In this document: positions 12,001 through 19,174 of the stretch, piece by piece | How positions within the stretch are numbered: the stretch's first letter is position 1 | Layout: every line of letters begins with the position of its first letter | Assembly (NCBI GenBank): GCA_965644295.1 | Contig: CBFFRP010000619.1 | Coordinates: 1 to 19,174 of the forward strand | DNA: 19,174 bases | Source: Paraphysomonas bandaiensis | Lineage: Eukaryota > Protista > Chrysophyceae | Direction of reading: 5' to 3' | Notes under the pieces: generated by a model | Seen by the model: only the letters and a program-made list of their open reading frames with translations | Told to the model about the DNA's origin: nothing | The model's database searches: none | Made by a program: the position numbers and the translations under genes

Positions 12001-15000
12001 GTGCAGTGGTAAGGAAAAATTCAGCATCAGAAGTAGAAAGGTCAAGAAAATCTTTAGAATACCAGCCCTGGTTGGTGAGATCCTTCATCAGAGATCCTGT
12101 GTCAGCCAAAGGGTCCGCATCAGATTTGATGTGCATCGGGGCTGCTTCAGCAAGTACAAATATGTGGTCAGGACCAGTACCGTAAGCTTTTGTCACGGCA
12201 AGAGCAAGCTCATAGGCTACAAGAGCACCCATCGAATATCCGAGGAAACAAAAATGATTAGGATGCCCCGATTCTGTCCACAGCATTTCTCGCAATGAAA
12301 TCAACAAGTGGTTTACAATACTAGATAAGTCCTTCATAACAGGTTCAGAAAGTTTCGTGCCGTGACCAGGGAGATCGACACTAACGAGCTCAACATTCCA
12401 CACACTCGTTGCGTCATTGCATTGGGCCATGTTGGTTAGCACGTCTTTCCAACCCGTGAATTGAGCAGAGCTTCCACCAGCAGTGTGGAAACAGAACAGG
12501 GTCATTTTCCTTTTTGCGCCCCCGGCTAAGTAATTACCTTCGTTGTTACTGGACCATTCACAGAATGCCACATTACACATCTCTGACGATTTTTTCACAG
12601 AAGAAATATTTATCCTATTCATAGCAAGTTGCTCCTCCAGCTCGCTCTGTTTTAAGACATCCAATAAGGTCATCTCATACCATGATAGCTTCGAGTGTAA
12701 ACTAAATGTAATGTGCTGGCTGGATGATGCCTTATCCAGAAAATCGATGGAGAAGAGTGATGAGCTACTGTGGCGTTTAACTGCAACTAAAAAGGCGCTC
12801 AACATACACGAATTCAAGGACTCCAACTTATAATAAGAACAATTAGATAAGGCCCTTGTGAACTGAGTCCCAGCAATTGCCTTTACCAATTCAACCCGGG
12901 TACAATGTTTGACTCCCGTTGCAACCTGACGCTCAGGAAGTATAGGATTGGGAAGTCGTGGGTAATGGGGAGTGGTATGAAGCTTTCTAGAAACTTTTCG
13001 CTCAAAGTCCTGCATTGTCGTTTTAAGGCCATCATCTGAATCGATGCAGGACGCAAGAGCCTGAAGCGACATTTCCACTGAACAAAGTAATCCTTCAAGG
13101 AAGGACGAGTTATATTCCAAACATTCTGAAGTTGCAATCAATTGCGCAGACTCACTCCCAACAACAGTTCTGACTGAAAGTGGGCAACCAATGCGATCGA
13201 TCAAGGAGTCATTTTTAATATAAAGATCACCCACAAATTCACAATTGAAAAGCTGCTCATGCTGATAATCAAAAACTACAGGAAACAAAGACCCTTTGAC
13301 AGGGGTAGATGTCAACCTTTGAATCTCTGTTAAAGGAAGATTCTCATGCTTTATGCAATCCAGTAGGTGCTTGTGAACTCTTGCCAAGAATGACTTCACA
13401 TTTTCATCATTGTCCCACGTCAGCCGAACAGGGAACGTATTTATGACAGGACCAATTATTTCTCCTAGGTCTTGTACCGCGGCCGATCGTCCTGTGGCAG
13501 TGCAGCCGTATAAAACTCCTGGTGTGTCAGAGTCTAATGTAACCATAGATTTGTACACCACTGACCATGATGCATGAAAAAAAGATGCCAATGTCACACC
13601 AACTAGACTAGCTGCTTTTCTGCATACAATAAGCAAATCTGATGACAAGTACTTAGCGCAGCGCATAACTTCTTCATCAGAGGTATTAATCATAAGAGGG
13701 GGCATATTATTAAATACATTCGGTATCTTCCATCCTCTCAAACTATTACTCCAAAACGCTTTAAGAAGATCCAGATCGTGGGCTTCCGGAAATTCCAACA
13801 AGCTATTTTCATACATTGCATAGGCTTCGAATGATGGAAACAGCTGACATTGCTCATCGAGGTAGTGGCCTTGTACACTGGCATGTCGCGTGTAGTTATC
13901 ACGTAAACAGTGCAATAAATTGCGTATCGACCAACCGTCCACTATGGCATGGTGCACAGAAAATATCAGTGCATACTCTACTGGTTGACTCTGTGACAAT
14001 TTCACCAAGCTGACTTTAAACGACAGTGGATCTCCCGGATGCACACATCCTGATCGCCGATGCTCCTGTATTTTTGATTTTACAGTCCCATCCTTACTAT
14101 TAGACACTGTAGATGAGAATTCAAACCACGAATATTGAGCCTCATAGTGTGACTTGTTGAGGCCGATTACATGTGGCTTCCACACAAGTTGCATTGGCGG
14201 GGATGCTTCCATATCAAAAGACGATCTCAGAGAGGCGTGGTCAATAATAGTGTCAACCCAAGCGTTACGAAACGCAGCAACATCAAACTTAACACGATTC
14301 ATCCTACCATCAGAAGTGATGTACCATGAAAACGTTTCAAGGAATGTCCCACTAGAAGGGTCTGACATGTAATGAAATAGCATCGCTTGTTGCATACGAG
14401 TTGCAGGAAACATCGCTTCATATTCCTTGGGCATATCAAATGTAACTTTCCTATTGTGTTGTTGCAATTCCAGCAGCAGAGAGTTTGCACGGGATTTTCG
14501 TCTACCCTTTTGCGAACCCAGCTGCAACTGCTGAATGCAAGATGCGACACTCGCCACAGTAGGATATTCAAAGACAAGAGCCGACGGAAGATCAATTCCT
14601 CCAAACTCCCTTGATAGCTCGTTACGCACCTGCACAGCACCTAAAGAGTCAATACCTAGCGAAACCAAACTATCGTGATCATCAAAGTCAATCGACGATG
14701 GCAGAACAGATGATATAGCGCATCGAACAGTTTCCAGAAGTGATGCAGAAAGTGCGATGTTTGAGGCGGATACAGCTGAACCCTGATCAGGTCGATTCTT
14801 TCGGCTAACTGAAAAGAGGCTTCCCTTGTGTCGCCACTTATACAGTGCAGGAGAATAATTAGTGTCCACACGACACGACACTACAGTTGACAATGACCAC
14901 CGACGAAGCCATTGTAAGGCTGAGGTAACCTGCTCCCTTAAGTAAAGAACATCCGAATCACGCTTTCGTTCCGGTAAAATAGAAGAAAACCACCCAAACT

Positions 15001-18000
15001 TCCCGGAAGGAAGATTGCTGGCTGCGGCAATGGCCATGGCAAACTTTTGAAGCGTTTTCCCTGGACCAACTTCGACAATTGCATACCCTTCATTTCGAAA
15101 CGACTTCAATAATCCCATAAAAACATCACAAAATTGAACTGTATTCGTTATGTGACGGGACCAATACTCCACAGTCAAGTCTGATTTTTCCACATCCAAA
15201 CCAGTCACAGTAGATATCATTCTACAGTGGGGTGTCTTCGATTCTATTATAACAGCACCGGCAGCGTTGAGGTTTTTCACAGTCCGTATAAACGCTATAG
15301 CGGCGTTGGATAACAACGGGCTATGAAACGAATGAGTTAACAGAAGTTTCTTTGACGAGCATCCCAGCAAAGATATTACTCGCAGAACATTCTCGTCCAC
15401 TCCAGCGATCACACAGGACAAATGCCCATTCGCCGCGGCTACTGCCGGCCGCAGCTCTGAATTAGGCCACGCTATAGACTCAATCGCCTCCTCCACCATT
15501 GTTTGAGAAGCTCGTACGGCATACATTGCACCACGTTCACCGGTGGAAGATGGCGTATGCTCGACACACCACGCTCGAATTGCAACTAATTGGAGAGCTG
15601 TCTTTATATCAAGAGCGCCTGCGCATACAGCTGCGGCATACTCTCCCAGAGAGTGACCTATTACCACTGTGGGAAAAACGCCACTACTCTCCCAGAGCCG
15701 ACACAGACTCACCTCTAAAGAATACAACATACACTGTGTGTACAGGGCCTCGTTCCTCTGAATCTGAGACTGAGTTTCTATTGAGAGATTGGCGGATAGA
15801 ATATCAACAAGCGAAACGGAATCATCACACCCTAGCAGTTGTCGTATATCACTAAAGCATTGTGAACAGAGTGTAAATGTATTCCGAAAGACTTCTTCAG
15901 AATCGAACAATTCCATACCCAATCCTGTGGACAGCAAATCCGGCACGCCTTGCCCAGTAAATAAGAACACAACCTCTGAGGACGATCCGTCCTCAGAACA
16001 AGAATCTGAATTACCTGAGTTCGCTATGACACTACTGCTATGTTGCTGCAATAACACATGTGAGTTCGTTCCACCCGACCCAAAGGAACTAACACCAGCT
16101 ATTGGTGGCCTTCCTGTTCGAGTTATCAGGGGTGTAGACGTGACCGGAAACTCTACCGCACGCTGTGTAGACAAGTCTATCGCAGGGTTAACTTTTTTGA
16201 AGTGTATATTGGGAGGAACTGAACTGTGTCGAAGTGACATAACAGCTTTAATAAGTCCTGCTAAACCCGCGGCACCCTCTAAGTGCCCTATATTTGACTT
16301 AACTGCACCAAGAATAAGTGCGCTGGCATCACCAGTTGCACAATTATTGAGGAACACATCGCGAATAGCACTGAATTCGATAGGGTCTCCCAGAGCAGTG
16401 CCTGTACCATGTGTTTCAATATAACTGACCTCATCAGGAGCTACCCTCCCTCGGGATAACGCTTCCTGTAGAAGCGCCTGCTGGCATTGTCCATTAGGTG
16501 CAGTGAAAGATGCACTTTTTCCATCCTGATTAGCAGCAGTAGCCTTGATGACTGCTAAAATGGGTGGACCTACACCTGCGGCATAGTCTGCCTCAGCGTC
16601 AGCAAGTCGTCGCAGAACAACTGCACCAGCCCCTTCACCCCTCACGTACCCGTTCGCGGCTGAGTCAAATACTTTGCACTTACCATCAGGAGATAACATT
16701 TGCGAACCTTGCCGAATCTGCACAAAAATATGAATAAGATTTGCACTATTCGCAGAAACATGTGGCTGCTTACCTCCAGTGCATATGGTGCGAGCAATAG
16801 GTCTGCTGACATTACAAGAGCAGTGCTACATTCCCCACCTGCTAGTGCTGAGCAAGCCATGTGTACCGCAACGAGTGAAGACGAGCATGCGGTGTCCACT
16901 ACCATTGAAGGACCAGTAAGATTTAGGAGGAAAGAGAGACGGTTTGCAGCAGCTGCAGTCGATGTTCCAGTGCTTGCGTAGGGTCCAATGGCACACTCAC
17001 TTGTTGTACATATACTGGCATCCACATGTGCACGCATCTCCATTCCTGCCCAGAGCGGGTTGCACATACCAACGTATACCCCTACATCTTTTCCATCCGC
17101 ACTGTTGATGAAATGGTGGGAACAACGCAGTGCTTCATATCCAACTTCCAACAGCAGTCTCTGGTGGGGGTCCATACCGTCCACTTCCGCTGGGCTGAGG
17201 CCAAAGTACCGGGCATCAAAGCTCTCCGCAAAAAAATCATCAATCACTCCAGCGCGGCCGCTGAACCCATCCCATCCCCATGTGTCAGGGATTTCAACAA
17301 CAGCATCCACAGCGTGCTGAAGCATATTGTAGAACTCCTCGGGACTGTTTCCTCCACCCGGGAACCGGCAAGACATACCTACAATGGCGTATTCACAAGT
17401 TGGCGGTAGATGAGTGGAGGTGGCAGGTACAGTTGTTGGAAAAGAAGATATCCGATGCTGCTTAAAATATGACAGCACAGCCCGGGGTGTAGGGTAGTCG
17501 AATAGAAAAGTCGAAGACAGAGGGCCGGCTCCAGTGCGCTCAGAAATCAGAGAAGCTAACTGCTGCATTTGCAACGAGTCAAGTCCAAGAGCCATAAAAG
17601 GTTGACTCAAAAACGAGTCCATTGAAATGTGAGATGCACCATCGGGAGATCCTAAAGTCTCATAAACAAGTTGTGAAAGTGCTTCCGCATCAATACTTTT
17701 TGCGCTTGCTAGCAAACGATGCGTAACACCAGTAGCATTTTGAGAAGAGCGTGATAAACTATACCGTATTAACACACCATTTCCTTCATTCAGCATATCC
17801 TCTGGCCGGAAATCAGGAAGTACAGCAACAACAGTAGCACCGCCATCACAGTGGAAACGAATAGTGGGGTCTCTTAGAGACAGTGCATGCTCGGCAAATG
17901 GTGTACCCGACGACAGGTACGCCGAGCAGCGTGTCACCGCTACAACATCAGATATAGTATCTGTCATAAAAGCCTGAAGAAGCATAAAGTCCCTCAAAGC

Positions 18001-18444
18001 TTTTCCAATTTGCATATTTTTGACGGATGGGTTCACAGCTACCGCTATCAATTGAAGAAACTCACCAGTGGGAGTACCAAACGTGTGATATGTTGAAAAT
18101 TTCATACGGGATATAATATCATCCACAGAATTTATCCTTTGAGTATATATCACGCCCATAACTCGATTGTCTACAGTCGCCACCCAAGTAGTGTGAGAGT
18201 CTGACGTTAATCGAAGGTGAATTTGTTGAGCATTGATACGCATACATTTATCCCAGCAATTCTCCTCGAGCTCCAGTAGATTATCCAGATCATCTAAATT
18301 TGCTTTTCTTATCGCGAATGGCATTTGTTGTACATCTGATATGCATATCTTATCGTTATTTACAAGATCTTGCAGTGTTACGCTCCTCAGAAAGAAACAT
18401 TTCTCAGCAAGAGCACAAAAGATTGGCCACATATCACTGGTCAT
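5195..18444 (-). CDS. Hybrid type I PKS-NRPS megasynthase, ~4381 aa after frameshift repair. Exons 18444-16774, 16717-5992 (frameshift at ~6246-6250), 5942-5195
   Basis: ORFs 16642-18456, 6086-16723, 5988-6224 and 5195-6082 join by two GT-AG introns and one added base into 13146 nt (4382 codons including stop). Recognisable GNAT, ACP, KS, AT, C, TE, A, PCP and Cy motifs occur in colinear order. The first in-frame ATG is at 18444; the ORF-track start at 18456 is a TTG. Confidence 0.93.
5943..5991 (-). other. Spliceosomal intron in the terminal TE, 49 nt, phase 2
   Basis: On the minus strand, TG|GTAAGT...ATTCACAG|T. Removal gives GATGL-C-YSDL, a typical TE N-terminal motif, and deletes the TAA at 5990-5988. 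Confidence 0.9.
6130..6340 (-). other. PCP2 (thiolation domain) split by a 1-nt frameshift
   Basis: DSFFALGG is in one frame and NSVSAIQLLFRIRSDSGESISVQELFAAPTV in another. Adding one base at the G5 run (plus strand C5, 6246-6250) restores FFALGGNS. Confidence 0.88.
6420..8020 (-). other. Adenylation domain A2, Cys-type
   Basis: Motifs LAYLIYTSGSTGVPKG, SFDLSVYDIFG, SGDWIP, GGATEAAIWS, IPYGRPL, FRTGDLG, QVKVNGFRIELGEIE and NGK. FDLSVYD, SGDW and GGATEAxIWS are hallmarks of HMWP2/PchE-like Cys-activating A domains. Confidence 0.92.
6609..8158. repeat. 1550-bp direct repeat, copy covering the A2 core
   Basis: Matches 10059-11608 (offset 3450). I found only two mismatches by eye, 7166/10616 and 8054/11504, both synonymous. 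Confidence 0.95.
8140..9505 (-). other. Heterocyclization (Cy)-type condensation domain with altered signature residues
   Basis: Cy-family blocks RHPHFR...GQM, WPLFDFRVT, FADY, FWLGRLSTLPSGPDLP, RHQVHPDVNKTVG, SGVEVMQEL and PFIFTT are present. There is no HHxxxDG, and the DxxxxDxxS position reads SLFLMDAMG. Confidence 0.85.
9620..9815 (-). other. PCP1 (thiolation domain)
   Basis: NFFSLGGDSLRSMQV...IFNNPTIKSL; Ser codon at 9718-9716. Confidence 0.93.
9890..11470 (-). other. Adenylation domain A1, Cys-type
   Basis: Same core motifs as A2 (identical protein over the repeat); A10 motif LPLSSNGKVER. Confidence 0.92.
10059..11608. repeat. 1550-bp direct repeat, copy covering the A1 core
   Basis: Matches 6609-8158; duplicated ORFs in the ORF track show the same 3450 offset. 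Confidence 0.95.
11745..12510 (-). other. Internal thioesterase domain resembling type II (editing) TEs
   Basis: Motifs LFCFHTAGGSSAQFTGW, VDLPGHG, FLGYSMGALVAYE (Ser codon 12235-12233), RADL, CPVTVFYGCDD, W-K and PGGH (His 11806-11804). Confidence 0.9.
12550..12990 (-). other. Degenerate C-terminal lobe of a Cy-like domain, resuming after the TE at ~11745-11590
   Basis: LHTTPHYPRLP...FTRALSNCSYYKLESLNSCMLSAFLVAVKRHSSSSLFSIDFL aligns by eye with LSTLPSGPDLP...WNNAKANCAAHSVTIPAMLLAVYSLTIAHWSRTKRFLLNIL in the downstream Cy. Confidence 0.6.
13050..14420 (-). other. Condensation domain
   Basis: Motifs FPATRMQQAMLFH, HASLRSSF, HHAIVDGWS (His codon 13954-13952), IIGPVINTFPVR and HENLPLTEIQ. Confidence 0.92.
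14530..14740 (-). other. ACP of the PKS extension module
   Basis: LVSLGIDSLGAVQVRNEL...LVFEYPTV; Ser codon 14647-14645. Confidence 0.92.
14990..15975 (-). other. Acyltransferase domain, probably malonyl-CoA specific
   Basis: VFLFTGQG, GHSLGEYAA (Ser 15652-15650), conserved Arg in VAIRA, HSFHS (close to the malonyl HAFH motif, not YASH) and EVGPG. Confidence 0.9.
16045..17394 (-). other. Ketosynthase domain, catalytic triad intact, interrupted by one intron
   Basis: AIVGMSCRFPGG, MDPHQRLLLE, DTACSSS (Cys 16887-16885), ETHGTGT, KSNIGHLEGAAG and VSSFGSGGTNSH. Confidence 0.96.
16718..16773 (-). other. Spliceosomal intron in the KS, 56 nt, phase 0
   Basis: On the minus strand, GAG|GTAAGC...TTTTTGTGCAG|ATT joins LAPYALE to IRQGSQMLSPDGKCK, restoring a continuous KS. 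Confidence 0.92.
17465..17690 (-). other. Loading ACP
   Basis: PFMALGLDSLQMQQL...FLFDYPTP; Ser codon 17577-17575. Confidence 0.92.
17761..18315 (-). other. GNAT-like PKS loading domain (CurA/GphF/SxtA-type acyl-ACP decarboxylase)
   Basis: IRKANLDDLDNLLELEENCW, GVIYTQRI, LQLIAVAVNP...IGKAL, VVAVTRC, DPTIRFH..GA and FRPED..N.GNGVLIRY match the family pattern. Thr (17934-17932) and His (17853-17851) lie at the catalytic positions. Confidence 0.88.
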
Positions 18445-18866
18445 CGTCTGTACCAATCAACAGTAAAACAATGTTCCAGAGGAGGTCAGGACATTTATAT
18501 ATCGGATAACAATGAAGTCGTAATTAACGAATGAAGCTGACGGACATATACGCATTCCAGTATACATATGGCATATATATACTATATACATTGTACACTG
18601 CCGTATCTGGTGGACCAAGACCATACATACACACTGCTTTGTACTCGTACGCACCAGTGTGGCTGTACAGCATGTTACATCCTCATAAAAACTGTAGTAT
18701 ACCATGTATACGGAGGTATACGCATCACACAGTGGTGTATAGTGTCCAACCAAATGCGGCATTATGAGGAAACTGAAAAATCGCTGCATTAACATCGACA
18801 CGCACATCCTATACACAGTTTCTCTGATGGGAGACAGGCGTCACAAGGTATTACATACACAACAGA
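18445..18866. promoter_or_regulatory. Putative bidirectional promoter region (422 bp) between the PKS-NRPS and MFS genes
   Basis: Head-to-head ATGs at 18444 (-) and 18867 (+); non-coding TA/CA-rich composition. Inferred from gene geometry only. Confidence 0.5.
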
Positions 18867-19174
18867 ATGCAAGGTAGCGGGCAAAAGGACGGCTCGCAAT
18901 TGTTGGAGAGACTTATCTCTGACGAGGAGAGTGAGGAAGTCAAAGTCGATACAGTGGACCCGAAATGGAATATATTAGATCTCATTAAATTAGCACTATG
19001 TTGGGCACTGACGCTAACAACGTCGACCCTTCTTACTACTGTTGGCCCATTAGCTGCAAAAAAAATTGGAGCAAGTGATATTTTAGCTCCTTTTACAATC
19101 GGTACATTTTTAATTGGTGCAGCTGTATCATCTGTGCCATCGGGACCTCTCTTTCGTAAATATGGTCGCTATGG
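18867..19174 (+). CDS. MFS transporter, 5' part (runs off the window)
   Basis: Not in the ORF track because no stop is reached. Translation from ATG 18867 (in-frame TGA upstream at 18825) gives MQGSGQKDGSQLLERLISDEESEEVKVDTVDPKWNILDLIKLALCWALTLTTSTLLTTVGPLAAKKIGASDILAPFTIGTFLIGAAVSSVPSGPLFRKYGRY. This has two hydrophobic helices followed by an MFS motif-A-like loop (GPLFRKYGR). Confidence 0.82.
   Translation, partial: MQGSGQKDGSQLLERLISDEESEEVKVDTVDPKWNILDLIKLALCWALTLTTSTLLTTVGPLAAKKIGASDILAPFTIGTFLIGAAVSSVPSGPLFRKYGRY

Noticed and set aside
17465-18444. sxtA (saxitoxin) assignment from the GNAT-ACP pair
   Set aside because: There is no N-terminal methyltransferase and no AONS aminotransferase domain; the ACP is followed by KS-AT.
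5195-18456. Four separate genes as implied by the ORF track
   Set aside because: The breaks fall inside the KS, PCP and TE domains and are explained by two canonical introns and one indel.
5661-18509. Many short plus-strand and alternate-frame ORFs over the synthase
   Set aside because: They are antisense or frame shadows of the long CDS with no recognisable motifs; the duplicated ones just mirror the 1550-bp repeat.
18457-18816. 119-aa minus-strand ORF as an upstream exon of the synthase
   Set aside because: Its composition is low-complexity (Y/C/M/V), and no convincing donor pairs with the CAG at 18450-18448.

Overview
This window is eukaryotic genomic DNA, shown by short GT-AG introns of about 47-56 nt; the host taxon cannot be fixed from the sequence. 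In order it contains: (1) a decayed Ty1/copia retrotransposon pol remnant (~1-1707, +); (2) an intron-containing gene for a degenerate vWA-like protein (~3066-4708, +); (3) a ~13.2-kb hybrid PKS-NRPS gene on the minus strand (5195-18444); (4) the 5' end of a divergently oriented MFS transporter (18867 to window end). The PKS-NRPS reconstructs to ~4381 aa after removing two introns and repairing one 1-nt frameshift. Its domain order is GNAT-like loading decarboxylase - ACP - KS - AT - ACP - C - [degenerate half-Cy with an inserted type-II-like TE] - A - PCP - atypical Cy - A - PCP - TE. The cores of the two Cys-type A domains are a 1550-bp near-perfect repeat. The best candidate for an undescribed system is this bacterial-style assembly line plus transporter, forming a compact eukaryotic cluster predicted (by inference only) to make an acetoacetyl-Cys-Cys-type sulfur metabolite. 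Domain boundaries are approximate and read by eye.
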